From the NCBI GenBank assembly GCA_013239625.1, contig MU054187.1, forward strand, positions 6,335,757 through 6,399,756: DNA of 64,000 nt, written 5' to 3'. Made by a program: the position numbers and the translations under genes. Numbering within the stretch: position 1 is the stretch's first letter; each line of letters begins with the position of its first letter. The stretch is from Lama guanicoe (lineage: Eukaryota). Shown here piece after piece: positions 37,585-50,589 of the stretch. Below the pieces are notes generated by a model. The model was not told the DNA's origin and ran no database searches. It was given only the letters and a program-made list of their open reading frames with translations.

Positions 37585-38689
37585 GACCCGTTTTGCATAA
37601 AGCTTCTCATTGAAATATAATCACTTCTCAACTGATTTCTCTGACCCCAGGTTCTTCCTCATTCAATGCATTTTTCATACTTACCAGAGAGAACGTCTTG
37701 CAACAGAGAATGGCTCTGATGCCTGCCTGACTCAAAACTCCAGTCAGGGGAATGGTGATGATTCCTGCTCCAGGGCCAGGGCATCTGCAGGCACATGAGT
37801 GGAGGGTGAGGCCAAGGTGGCCGCGCACGGCCAAGGTCATTGGAGCCTATCCATACACCAAGCACCATCTGTGCTCTGAATAAGGCCTCACAAATGCTTG
37901 GAGAGACTGTAATCTGTAAATATGTAAGTTAATCTCTGGGCATGTATTATTGCATTTTTATATGCATTTTCTTAATCCTAGGTTATTAAAAATACAACTG
38001 TTTCCATGTAGGAGATCCCTGAACTTTTTTTTTTTTTTTTACTTTAGAAAGAGAACTTCATCCTCCCAAAATGTAGGAATCCACAGCTAGAGCACAAAGG
38101 AAGACGGTGGCGTCATGAGTCACACGACCCATGTCAGCTCGACTTGACCCGCAGGACCTGCCGAGCCTCTTTCTACCCCTCACCTCCACCGCGACGTTTT
38201 GTGTTCGCCTCCAGGCTTCTTCTGGAAGCCAGCTGGGACTCCCCCAGCAGAGTCCTGCCTGCCTTTGCTGCTGCACCTCGGCCCCTCTCTTTCTGTGCGC
38301 TGGGGTATTTTTCATGTCCTACAGTCATACCTGTCTGCCTGCCTACCCCTGAGTCCCTCCTTTACCAGATCCCCAGTGGGGTGGGGGTCCTTCGTAGGCT
38401 CTCGGTTAAGGTTTGTTTAATCGAACGACATTTTATACCTGAAGCCACTGCCTGAATTCAAACAAGGAAGGGAATGCCGTACACGGAACTCTCCAGAAAC
38501 AAACAAACTGAAAGCAAACAGCACACTAACACGCTTCAGCGAGAGGTGGGTGGCCAGCTGTCACTTTTAATAGCCAAATAAAAGATCTACAAAAGTGTTG
38601 AAGAGGCAGGCCCATAGGAGAGCAAGCTGGATATTTAAAATGGATTTAGAGCGAAGGCTAAAGAGGTTTTAGGAGCCAAACAGAAAAAC

Positions 38690-38980
38690 CGTCGTGGGGA
38701 CAGGCTCTGAGAAACTGGCTGGGCGTCGGGAGGCTCACAATAGCCGTGGGAGGATTAGCGATGAGGCGAGTGCGCGCTGAGCCCAGGCCTGCGCCAGGCC
38801 CCGCGGAAGCAGCTGCTGGCACCTGGGCGCGGTGGCGGGTGGCGCTGGGGCGTCGCAGCCCTGGGGAGATTGACACGCAGCCCAGGTGCCGGCAGACGCC
38901 TTGGATCCTCTGCACGCGGAGGCACTTGGCCATGTGGAGACGCCAGATTTTGTTCCCTGGCACGCAGAGGGGGCACAGCT
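38690..38980. promoter_or_regulatory. Short CpG-rich segment, candidate regulatory element
   Basis: High GC and many retained CpGs (gtgcgcgctgag, ccccgcggaag, gggcgcggtggcggg) in non-repeat DNA. Confidence 0.35.
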
Positions 38981-39543
38981 ATTGAAATCTTACTGGGTAA
39001 ACTCCCAGGTACTGTGAAGCTTGTAGACGAGACTCAGCCCCATCCTGCTTTAAGAAGAAAAGACCAGGCTTCTTGTCTCAGGATGCCTAGAGGCAGGCAG
39101 AGGGCCAGGTGCTCAGTGCTGACTGGAACCAATGAATGAATGAGGAAATGAACACAGCCGCATGATTGCAGGCGATAGCCTGGCTGCCGGAGGGCCCAGG
39201 CAGAGACAGTCCCGAATCTTTGGGATGAACATCTTCTAAGAATGTCCGGACGTAGGCTGAATGCCACTCTCGCTCATGCCCCCATTTGACTGTCCTAATG
39301 GGTTTTGGATACTTTGATCAGCTATGTCCCTATTACGTTGACTGCGGAAGCCGTACAGATTAAAAACCAGGAGGGCAATTTGAAACCCGCAGGGCTGGTC
39401 TGCGCGTTAGAGAGAGTAAGAAATTATCTAAGACCAGGCAGAATTCAGGACAGAAGGCTTCCTTTGTGCTGCCGACCCCAGTGTACTGATGGTCTCGGTC
39501 TGCAGGACTAACCTGCTGCGCTAGATGGTCCATCTGCACCCCT

Positions 39544-39591
39544 GCGCCGCCCCCTCCCCTCCGCTAGGCGCCGCCCCCTCCCCTCTGCTAG
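39544..39591. repeat. 24-bp tandem duplication, GC-box rich
   Basis: gcgccgccccctcccctccgctag (39544-39567) and gcgccgccccctcccctctgctag (39568-39591), 23/24 identical. Confidence 0.9.
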
Positions 39592-39779
39592 GCGTCGTGC
39601 CACCTGCACAGGGACCACCATGTTTGCCGAAATGAACTGGAATGTCATTGGAGCTGCTTCGGAAATCTCTCTCCCTTTCTTAGCAGCTTCCTGAGTTCAA
39701 GTGAATGCTTTTTCCTTTGGATTGGGTGGAATTGTGAACCGACCTGTTTCTACACTCTCTGGTTATTTATAAGCTGAAA

Positions 39780-39900
39780 TTCAGTTCCTTCAACAAATGT
39801 TCATTGAGTGCTGCTCTGTACCAGGCTCTGTCCCAAGCAATTGGGATTCATCAGGGAACAAAATAGACAAGATTTTCTACTCTTTTGGGTCTTATGTTCA
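39780..39900 (-). mobile_element. LINE L2 3' end
   Basis: ttccttcaacaaatgttcattgagtgctgctctgtaccaggctctgtcccaagcaattgggattcatcagggaacaaaatagaca. Confidence 0.85.
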
Positions 39901-40117
39901 GTGCAACAAAAATTTGCAATATTAGTTGCAAATATACACTAATGGTTACATGTCTCCTTTCTAGCAAAAGAAGTGACACTGGTTTGGTACTTTTCTGTGT
40001 CATTTATTTCACTATTGTTGGCTACTTAGTTGATCTGCAATTCTGGGATCCAAAAGCTCTAAATAGCTCCATAGATCTCTATTTCAATCCATTCCAGCTT
40101 CTCACTCTTTCCATCTT

Positions 40118-40121
<4 letters not shown>

Positions 40122-40148
<27 letters not shown>
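40122..40148. repeat. (TG)n microsatellite
   Basis: Uninterrupted tg run seen directly. Confidence 0.95.
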
Positions 40149-40959
40149 CTCCTTCTACGTATATATTCACACTCAGATACCAGCATCCCTAAACTACATT
40201 TGGGAGAAAGGCTGGGACATCTAATATCACACTTACTGTGTGAGCTTGGGCAAGACTATTAGAATTGCGAAGAAATCTTTTAAGACCCAACCAGGCTGCA
40301 TATGAGTCCTAATCCAGGGGTCGTGTTTTCTCCTGACTGTCGTCTCTTTCCAGTCCCAACCCTTGGGGCTGGCTATGTCCTGTCTGTCTGCTATTACGAG
40401 GCTCAGACCCGAGTCTGGGGCTCACGACCTAGAGGCTCTTTTTTCTTTAGTGGGACGGGCAGCCCTGCTGAGTCAGGGGCCTGTGGGCGTTTCCGTTCAG
40501 CCCTCGTGTTCCCGTTTGCTCTTGTCTCTTGGTCCTGAGCCACGTGGCCTTGAGCAGGGAAGCAGCCTTTCCTGCAAGTGCAGAGAGCATTTTGCTCAGC
40601 AAGATGCCTGGCTGGAGGGAAGGGGTGAGCAGCGATTTCCCCATCTTCGTGTAGGATTCACTAAGCAGCTGTCTCTTTGGGTTTCTTCCCCTTGGCTAAG
40701 CGCCGGCCTGAGGACCTGGGGGGGGGGGAGCGTGATGTGAGGGGCCCCATTAGGAGTGGCTGGTGGAGGCTGTCCTCTGGCTTGGGGTTCATACCGGGTC
40801 CACCTTCAGCTTCTCCAGTTATTTCTGTAACTTTCCTCATTGGTAATGTAAGGAAAATGCTGCTACTCTTAAAGAGTTGGTCCAAAGTCTAAATGAAGTC
40901 ATTTCCATAAAAGAGCCTGGTACCTGTGAGCCATTGGAGTGCAGAGTGTTGGGGCCCCA

Positions 40960-41020
40960 TCTATGTTGCCAAATTAAGCAGCTAAAACAGGATGCCCAGA
41001 TAAGGTGGAATTTCAGATTG
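40960..41020. mobile_element. MER53-like hAT fragment
   Basis: gttgccaaattaagcagctaaaacaggatgcccagataaggtggaatttcagat resembles the MER53 terminus. Confidence 0.5.
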
Positions 41021-41849
41021 GCTGTCGATGGCCACTGGTTGCCCCTTTCTCTCGGGGCCTTGGCTGACTGGAGCTGCCTCACCTGGGAAATTAAGGCTCT
41101 GCCACTCCTACCTCACCTCCAAATGGGGGCAGCCTGTGGCTCTGATGAAGTGTCAGGAGGTACAAAAAAATCAGTCCCTTTTGTCAAGGAGGGACCCTCC
41201 CTACGGTTTGTGCTGGAGAGCTGCCCGGAAGGGCCAGGCAGTGGCCAGGTTCCAACACCTCCTTCCCCTCCTCCAACCGCCGCCCCACACCCCCCAGGGC
41301 CTTCCCTCTCTCCCCTTCTAAGATGGATTTCTTAATTTCACAAGACACCCTGTCTCAAGCCGTGTCTTAGGATGGATATCAATCTAAGACAGTTTTGCAT
41401 GAATGTGGATATTCCCCCCCACCTTTTATAATTAAAAAATTGTGAAGATTTGTAAAAATAAACAGGATTTTTTTCTGAAAAACTTACAATGATGCTTAAA
41501 AGAACGCATTCACATATTAACATTCAGTTCTTTTGCTGTGCAAAAAAACCTGGAAAATTCCCAAACATAAAGATCATGACAGTTGTCAGATGATTAAAAT
41601 TCTCCAGGTGAAGATGGTTCATCACAGAAGCAAGATGGTCTTCTGCCTCCAAAAGGCACAGTCACTGGTCTCCAGAGGATGATGACTCAGTATTCTCTGC
41701 GTTATCTTCTTGGCATTTACTTTTGTTATAGATAGATTTGCTGGATGTGTATTAGCCTCCAGATATGGCACCAAAAGACCAGGAGTGGGAAAGAAAGACA
41801 GGCAATGTTCATTTGTGGTTTCATTTTTCACATGGAAGTCTTAATTCAG

Positions 41850-42840
41850 TCGAAATTCTCTTTAGTTAACAAGTGGTCCTAACTATATTTATGGATCATG
41901 TCCACGCTGATTTGAATGCTCCCGTTATAATCTATTTGTTTATTTCTGGTCTTCTATCCTGTCCTGTAAATCTACCTAGTTCTTGGCTGTTAGTACGCCT
42001 TTTCATTACTGGGGCTTTAGAGCATGTTTTAGTATCCGGGAGAATGAGTCTGCCTTCATCATCCTTCTTCCCTGTTGTCTTTTTCTTTTAAACTATTGGC
42101 TGTCGTATATTCATTCTCTCAAATAAGTTTAAAAATCATTTTTCTAGGTTTCAGAATATTTCCCTGAAATTTCTACTGAAATTTGGTATCTTTTTTTTTT
42201 TTTTGCCCTAAGTTCTCTTCAAGTAGTAGAGTCTTCTCTTAGTAACCTTAGTTAAATTTCTTTAAATCAGTACTGCAGGTTTCTTGTTAAATGTCACCTG
42301 GGCATTTTATGATTTTTTGTTGTTGTTGTATTTGTTGTTGTTGCTATTATAAGTGAGATCTTCTCTTCATTATATTTCAATTGACTTTACAGACAAGCAA
42401 AAGGAAGAAAAAAATCAGAATATATATATATATCCCACCACCTACTGTGACTACCATTATTATTCTGGTGTAAAGTTCTCCATGCTAAACACACACACAC
42501 ACACGCACACACACACACACACACACACACTCAGAGGTTCATGTTTTTCCTCTGACCATTCCTGAATTTTTAGAATAAATGTACTTGATCTTGGTGTATC
42601 AGTCTTCGTAATGCACACTTGATTGAATTCGCTAATACTTAATGTAGAATTTCATGCATTTCTATTGTAGATGAGAATTGGTCTATCATTTTCAGTGCTA
42701 TCTTTGTAAGACTTTATATCAGAACACTGCTATGTTGATCAAATAATTGCAAAGCTTCCCATTTTTAAAACTTTGGAATCAAATAAGCAGAGCGGTAACT
42801 CTTTAAAGGCTTGAAATAGCTGGTTAAAGCCTTGCAGGTC
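41850..42840 (-). mobile_element. Very old L1ME-like ORF2 fragment containing a (CA)n at 42489-42530
   Basis: tttctggtcttctatcctgtcctgt; ctttagagcatgttttagtatc; gaattcgctaatacttaatgtagaatttcatgcatttctattgtagatgagaattggtcta. Confidence 0.6.
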
Positions 42841-43009
42841 AATACTACACATGTATTTCTGGAAGAGATTAGAAATAAGATCATTATGACCTTGCTTTTT
42901 CAAAAGAGTTAGAGCAGACCAACATAAGGGAGGGTCTAAAAAGTTTGAGAGGTGACAGAAAACTAGAGTTGGATTGAAGCCCAGACTGGAAAAGCAACGG
43001 AACCAGCAA

Positions 43010-43150
43010 AGTTTCGGAGTTTGACTGACTGAGGTTTAGGTCCTGGTGCCACCACCAGGTGACACAGGATCCGTCTCTGTGAGTTTCCTTTTTTAATCTG
43101 TAAAATGGGAATAATCTGACGCACTTTGAATAAGTGATATCTGAATATCA
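43010..43150 (+). mobile_element. MIR SINE
   Basis: gactgaggtttaggtcctggtgccaccacc...tctctgtgagtttcctttttaatctgtaaaatgggaataat. Confidence 0.7.
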
Positions 43151-44259
43151 CTTTCTGTTTCTGTGGGCATCTTTGAGAGGCTCTGGACACAGCAGTAAGT
43201 GTGGGATGCCTGACTGTGGGCAGCAGTGCAATTTGGGAAGCAGTTTCTCCCCTTTCTGTGTGGCCGGCTGCCCCGCCTTGGCACCCGGAGTATTAGCAGT
43301 TTGGGGAGCCCAGGGGGTGGAGGGCAGAGTCCACAACGGTTCCCATTCACGAGGCAGCCCTGTGCCCCTTCACGTGACAGGAGAGTGAGGCAGACGCTCC
43401 TGGGTGACTACGCTGACAACTGGTTCTTAAGCACATGCAGGCATCTCAAGGAACTTCTAGAAATCCGTTGCGGGGGTGGTGGGACAATGCGGAGGGCCAA
43501 GGTCTTTGGGAGCGGCAGAACAAGAAAAGGAAAGTTGGGTTAATGTTGTAAAAGTGACCGTGTTTATACACACGGGCTGCTGAGCCCCCAGGAAGGTTCA
43601 GATTAAACAAACATGGTTTTGAGTGGCTTGGGTGAGTCAACTTACACTGAGAGTGAAAACACAGAAGATAAAGCCACGTGGGTGGGCAAAGCCTGCCTCA
43701 CATTAGAACTTGCTCTTCAGACTACAGGAAGGCAGCTTCTTGCTGCTCCGCCCAGAGGCCACCCAGCTGCCTATCCTTCACCCCATCTGTGCAAAAGAGG
43801 CCAAGGACCAAAGAAAAATCACACTGGCTCTGGAAAGTTTTTCAGGAAAGCAAGTTCCAAGGTCAGCAGCCACGCAGCATCTCCTCACCTGGGGACGTCC
43901 CAGCTCAGGACACCCACATGGGAGCCACCAGCTCACACGATGGCAGAACCCAGTCCCTGGGGGACATCTGTGGTCTGCGTGGCGAATCTGGTTTCAGAAG
44001 ACAAGAAATGATATGGCAGGTTTTTGACAATAGATGTTTCTTCAGGCCCTTTCCAGTCTGAATGCTTATTTAGTCTACAATCTGCACAATGGTTTAACAT
44101 GCTAAAATTTGGAACTTTTATCCATATAGAAAGCTAAGCCACCGCAAAGTGTACATTTCAGAAGCCATCAGGTAAGGAACAATGAAAAGAAACCAGCCAG
44201 AGCTCGGAAGGGCTCTGGGGTCCAAAAGAACCTTCAACAAGTGTACTGACTCTGTGCAC

Positions 44260-44724
44260 CTGGGGTCAGCCAGCTTTGTCTGTAAGTGGCCAGGTAGTAA
44301 ATATTTTAGGTTTTGTTGGCCTGTAGTCACTTCTCAAATTGGTCCTTGTGAGTTTTTTTATTTGTTTGTTTTGGTGAGGGGAGAGGTAATTGGGTTTATT
44401 TGTTTATTTATTCCTCATGGCGGCACTGGGAATTGAACCCGGGACCTCGTGCGTGCTGAGCACATACTCTGCCGCTGAGCTGTACCCTCCCTTGATCTTT
44501 GTGTTTCGAAAGCAGTCACAGGCAATAAGTAAATGAACGACCGTGGCCATGTTCCACTAAAACCCTATTTATGGATCAGAAAATTTGAATTTCATATAAT
44601 TTTCACATGTCATGATATATTATTCTTCTTGTATTTCTCTTCAATCATTTGAAAATGTAAAACCATTTTCAGCTGACAGGCCTTAAGACAAGAGCCAGCA
44701 GACCATAGTTTGCTGACCCCCCGG
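44260..44724 (+). mobile_element. MER58B-like hAT-Charlie MITE, interrupted by a SINE
   Basis: TIRs ctggggtcagc...gctgacccc; internal ctgtaagtggccaggtagtaaatattttagg and aatttgaatttcatataattttcacatgtcatg. Confidence 0.88.
44351..44491 (-). mobile_element. tRNA-Ala-derived SINE (camelid Vic-1 type)
   Basis: ggcggcactgggaattgaacccgggacctcgtgcgtgctgagcacatactctgccgctgagctgtaccctcc with tttatttg tail; TSD ttggtccttgtg (44339-44350) / ttgatctttgtg (44492-44503). Confidence 0.88.
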
Positions 44725-45589
44725 CTTTACCCATAGGAAAGACTCCCTCGCTTTATGAGCTAGGATACAGTCCTGTAATAGGACCAGCCCCATCCTGAGA
44801 AATAAAATTAAATGCAGTAAAGCATCACCCACAGCAAGTCGCCCAGAAAACCTCCTGAATTTCGAATTAACTGGGCCTTCTGCACAGACGCTCTGAGGGA
44901 GGGCCTTCCACAGAAGTGATGTGAAGCCCAGATTCCTCTGTAAAACCATTCTTGCAGTTAATGGATCAAAACAGGAAAAAGAAAGCAACGATCAAGTTAT
45001 TTTTTTTCTACTGATAAACTTAATGTTTATCAGCAAGCTAACGGCTAAACAAATTTCTTCCCCTTTGAGCAGGATGTTGAAAATCTCACCTACTATATTA
45101 TCTTGAGGTTAAAAAAAAGATTGCAAATAACGCATGTCTTTACCAAGAGTTCTAGAATGGCCAAACATTTTTTGCTGTAGGAAATATCTTGCAAACATTA
45201 AAAGAAAGTGAATGAAATCTTTATTTCAGCCCTCGTGAACCTCTGGATTTATTTTTTTGTTTCCATACTTTCTGTCTCAGTAATATTCTCGTCACTAAAT
45301 AGTAGATGCAACTCAATATTAAAAAACAACAAACAAAAATAAAAACAGAGTTTCCGGTGTCTTTATGTGAGTGTAAGACAGCATCAGAAGATAACGAAAA
45401 ATCTCTCCGTGCTCTTAAAAATTCATGCAATTTTCTGGCTTGTCATTTTCAACCACCAAATGCACACAGAAGCTGGAGTCTGTGTGACTAAATGACAAAA
45501 ATGATTGAATAGTGTTTTCCCACAGACGTTTTCGGAAGCAGCCCTTTGTAGAGGAGACATTAAAGCACAGGGTTTTGGGGCAAAGACTT

Positions 45590-45800
45590 TGGCAGGATGG
45601 AGCCCTGGGCTCAAAACGCAGTTCTGATACTTACTCCTGTGCGACATGGGACAAATCTCTCTGTCCATTAGTGAAGTGGGGGCTGACAATAGCCGTTTTC
45701 CACCATCATTGGGAACCAAAATGAGATACTGTGTGCCAAGCATTCAGTACAATGTCTGGCGCATAGTGAGGGTTAGAATAATGGCAGTTTTTATTATTTC
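45590..45800 (+). mobile_element. MIR SINE
   Basis: ctgggctcaaaacgcagttctgatacttactcctgtgcgacatgggacaaatc...aaatgagatactgtgtgccaagcattcagtacaatgtctggcgcatagtga. Confidence 0.75.
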
Positions 45801-45816
45801 AGCTATTGGATTTACT

Positions 45817-45851
45817 CTGTGTGTGTGAGTGTGTGTGTATGTGTGTGTGTT
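45817..45851. repeat. Imperfect (TG)n microsatellite
   Basis: Seen directly. Confidence 0.85.
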
Positions 45852-48006
45852 GGAGTATGTTCCAGAAGGAACCCCTGAAATGTGTGTCTTGTGGCTCTTA
45901 CAGATGGGTCTAGACACGTTCTGGGAAATAAAACTGTTTCACAGACTCTGTAATTATGTCTCAGTCCATCCGGTTTTGTACAAGAATCAGAACTTGAGTG
46001 AGCAGATACTGCGGCCTGTGCAATCCAAGAGAGACGCTGAGTGTTTCGAGCCCATTGGCCGCTGACCATCAAAGCACAACGTACATAAAAACAGCAGGCA
46101 GATCCCGGTGGAAACGGGCCACCCACACGCAGCCGTCAGTGCAGCTGGACGTACATTCTATGGCTTACACTTGCTGAACGCCGCACAAAATAAAAAGAAT
46201 CTAGACAGAAAAAGAGAGGCATGAATATGTGCAAACTATTCACAAGGAAACGTTGCCTTCCAGAAGAGAAGAATGCCAGTGAAATAAAGACACTGAACTA
46301 CAGCAGTAAGGTGCACACAGTGGAAGGTAAAGAACCAGAATGAATTGAAGCATTAAAGTTCCCATAAGTAAAAAAACAAAACCAAAACCAAATGCAGAAC
46401 CAAAAAACACTAAATTTGGTGAAATCTATTCTGCGTTTAACTATAAAACCTTTTGAAGAGTCTAAAGCCACCATCTTCAGCCACACCTGTATGTGTTTCA
46501 GTCTATTGCTGGCAGACATGACTTCCAAAAGCAACCCGGGCGAAATGAGCTGATTTGGTTCTGCCAAAGCAGCTTCTGTTATAAGCTCACAGCAAGTAAG
46601 GAGAAAGACTTACTCTACTAAAGATATCAGGAGGGCCTTGTCGAGAGCTCTTGCCCCTGCAAACTTCTCGGGTGATGCAGTGAGCGACACCGTCACCCCT
46701 GCAGCATCACATCGGAGCAGGGGAAGCACCACACACGCAGGGTGCGTGGAATTGCTGCAAAATTCAGAGTGCTTCCAGGTTCTCAGGCCAGGAATATGTG
46801 ACGGATGCTGTCAGACACATTTTTCTGGCAACCCAGTGGCAACACTTGGTCAGATTTGGCTTTTGGTCTCCTTGCTTCATGCTGACTCCTATTTCTCCAT
46901 TTCCTTCAACGCACAAAAGCCACTGGCCTATATTAAGAAAAAAACAAAAATACAGCAAACCCAGAAATGAAAGATCACATAAAAGTGTGAGGTTGGGCCT
47001 TTGAATTTTCAGAAGGCAGTGAAAGGGATAAAATGTTAGCATCAGAGGAGGTAAGGACACACTTCTAAGACCAAAGATGCTTTGGGCCAGGTTCAGCGCT
47101 TTCCCAGCTCCTTTGCTGAAAAGGAATGCTTGACTCTGTGATGACCTGAAGTACAGAAATTGTCACTTGCTGTGTTCAGTGTTAACATTTATGGTTTCTT
47201 CGTTTTTTTTGCCTGCTTTCCATAAATTGGTCAAAAACCAAAGAGATATTTAGTGCTTAAAAAAGTTTCATAGTTTGGACCTCCTTTTCTAGGAAACGTT
47301 AAAACCTTTGAAAATGAATTCAATCAGTAACTTGATAATTATTGTCATCATCTTTCCTGACGTGGAGTAAAAATCACTGGGAATTTTTATGACCAAAAAA
47401 AAAAAAAGTACAACAAATGTATGTTTATGCTATTTAGCTAAAAAGTATATATAGTAGGTAGATTTCAGATTGTTCCTCAAATTTCCATTTTTAACCAGGA
47501 ATGTTTTGGGGAAGCATTTTTAATATTAAATATTAAACATTTTAATATTAATTTAAACATTAATTTTTTTAAATATTAAAAATTTTCCCATGGTTTCAAA
47601 ATAACTGGAAATATTTATTGTTTTCTTCATTGTTAGTTGAATGGAAAACTTTGCTCCCCAAGATGGGGGAAGAGTATTCCGTGCTGATTTGGGTCATTCT
47701 TTTGTAGTTTTATAAATTTCAGATCAACCTGTGTCCACAGACGAAACACTTGAAGGAAGGGACTTGTGGAGGCTGAGTGACCACAGCTCTCCAGGCCTGG
47801 CCGACCACAGACATCATGTGGCCTGTGTGCACCCCAGCTCTGCATCCGCTTTGGAACAGCCTGACCATCAAACCAGACAAAGAGAGAGGGGGCTGGAGCA
47901 AGAGTCACGGGGAAAGGCGCCTGCTTCTCCTTCCTTTCAGTGCCAAACACATTAAAAAAAAAAAAAAAAAAAAAATTAAAGAGGGGTTTAAAAATATTTT
48001 GCTCTT

Positions 48007-48337
48007 AAAAAAAGACACAAATGAACTTATTTACAAAACAGAAACAGACTCACAGACATGGAAAACAAACTTATGGTTACCAAGGGGGAAAGGGGCCTGA
48101 AAGCGACAAATTGGGAGTTTAAGATTTGCAGACACTAACCACTATATATAAAATAAACAACAAGTTCCTACTGTGTAGCACAGGGAACTACACTCAATAC
48201 CTTGTAGTAACCTATAATGAAAATGAACATGAAAAGGAATACATGTGTGTATACGTACGACTGAAACATTATTCTGTGTGCCAGAAATTGACACAACATT
48301 GTAAACTGACTCTACTTCAATAATAAAAGGAATATTT
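48007..48337 (+). mobile_element. 5'-truncated lineage-specific (artiodactyl/camelid) L1 3' end
   Basis: gacacaaatgaacttatttacaaaacagaaacagactcacagacatggaaaacaaacttatggttacc...gtagcacagggaactacactcaatacc...caacattgtaaactgactctacttcaat; TSD aaaaatattttgctctt (47990-48006) / aaaaaagttttgttctt (48338-48354). Confidence 0.93.
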
Positions 48338-50589
48338 AAAAAAGTTTTGTTCTTGCACGACAAAGGCCCAGAGACAAAACGGCTCTTCCTTTCAAAGCAC
48401 AAACTTCTCTAAAAAAAACCAACAAATGGATGGGAATCAATGGGTCAAAAAGTCACTGAAATGTTAATAACATATCCTTGTGTTTAGAAGCAGGCAGACA
48501 GGATCACTGTTTCTCTGCAGTTAACCTGAAAAGGTTCAAACCTTGGCAGAAGAGCAACCTTCCAAAATTCACGATCACTGAGTGAGTTTTAAAACAATGA
48601 TTTGAATGAAAGCAACGGATCCATAACCAGACAACAGGACTTAGGTCTTTAAAAACAGAAAAAAACAGGCCAAGTATCTCCTACCAGATTCCACAGTGAG
48701 CTGCGGGTGCCTGGAAGGAGACGGGCCGCGTGTTTGCCGGGGCTGAGTGCGCGGCTCTGCTTTATCCTGCTGTGCGCACGTCTAGGCAAGGCCTGCGTTG
48801 CCCATAAAGGGAGCATGCGGTTGTCATAGTTTGATCCAAATACGTTGTTTTTAACAGCCCCTTTCTCTTGCCCCCTTTCTAGTCAAGCTTGTCTCTTTTT
48901 CTACGACATGAAACTGCAGCGTGTCACTGCTGTCCCTCCAGACCCTTTAACGAAAGCCCCAGACGCCGGCCCTCACCGCCTTGTGATCTGGCGGAAGCCG
49001 CTTGTGACCGCTGAGCCTCAAATTCCTCATCTGTTGGAATCCATCCCCTCATTCCTTTCCATTCCCTAAAATAAGACACAGTCTTACTCCTCATCCTCGT
49101 CGAGCTACACTGTGGTGTAGAGATGCCCGCGTAAATGCCGTCCGGGCCCTGGGGACTTGGAAGGGTCTCCCACACCAAGTGAGGCCGGAGGGGGTGGTGC
49201 TGGGTTCTCCTTCGGGATGAGTGGAGCAGGGGACATCAGGGGATAGAGGAGAGTGAATGTCTGTGAAAGCCCTTCGCCAGTAGTAATAGCAACAGTCCTG
49301 CAGTGTTTGCGAGGCTGGGCTGGGCAGTGGAGATACTGTCCACCTCTCTCCACACGCCTCTCGGGTAGTGACTGCTATTATCTGTGAGCTGATGAGGGGC
49401 TGGAGGCCCACAGACTAGCAGCTCGCCCAGGGTCACGCACTCAAAATGATGACTTCGAGATCCGACCTCAGGCATCGAACCCCAGGGTCCTGCCTTTAAC
49501 TGCTAAACCTATGTCCTCCCCTTCCTTGACTTCGGTGTGGCAGACATGCTCTCTGTGTCTGCCTGCCTCCCTGACGGGGGGAAGCTGCGTCCACAGGTGT
49601 GCCGGTGTCTGGGGAGGGGGCGAGGGCTGTGTGGGAGAGCAGGTTATGCCCCAGCCCAGCCAGGCTAAGAGAGGCAGGTTTTCCCCGTTAAGGGGTTACT
49701 CAAAACTAAAACTCAAAAAGTTACGTAAATTCAGTTCCTCATTTTGGTTTGTCTCTTCCAGACAATATTTCTTTTCTCACTTAGCTCAAACTGACTGAAA
49801 AATACATAAGTGACTTTTTTTCCACCTTTAAAATGCAAGATGGAAAGGCCTCCGTCACGTGAGGGAGGCAAAGCTTCTCATTCTTGGGAGAGTTAAACAG
49901 ACCAGCAACAAAATTTTCAACTATTGTTTAAATTTAGTCGAAAGGGATTTTCTAATTTAAAAAACTCCACTGTCTTTGTCTCAGGGTCAGGACAGCTTCC
50001 TACCCAGTACACAGGAAGGTTTTCTGTGAGGGAATTTTAAAAAGAGATATGCAAATATCCTGGGGAGATTAATAGGAAGACACGGGTCTGAGACAGACGA
50101 AATGAAATACTGTGACAGATAATATATTTTAGTTTGATTTTTCAACATCATATAAATGTTCTTAATTAATATTAAAACAACAATTAATGAGAAATAGCCT
50201 TGCTGGTTTGATAAATGGAGTAGAGTCTTTTTCAAGGGCATTTATTTTTTCGGTCTGATTCCAAATGTAACACAGTTTATTGCGGGAGGTTTGGAAATGA
50301 ATGACCAGCATACAGAGACGTGGAAATCACTCAGCTCTCCGAGCGTCCTCAGAGCCCTGCCGGGAACGTTGTGGAGGCGTGTCCTGCCAGGCTAGCTGAC
50401 ACTGTGGTGTGCTCTCACTTCTGTCTGTCCCATTACACACACACGTGCACATAGTAAGTGGGCACACATTGTTTGCTTTTGTAACTGGAATTACTTTTTA
50501 CATTATTGTTTTACAAAATTGGAATATTTTGTACACCCAAGTTTTGTATGTTTTGATATACGCAAAGTGTATCTTGTTTGTATTCAGTG

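Noticed and set aside
47954..47975. Long poly(A) run suggesting a retrocopy tail
   Set aside because: No upstream canonical polyadenylation signal, TSD or recognisable transcript body; treated as a simple mononucleotide repeat.
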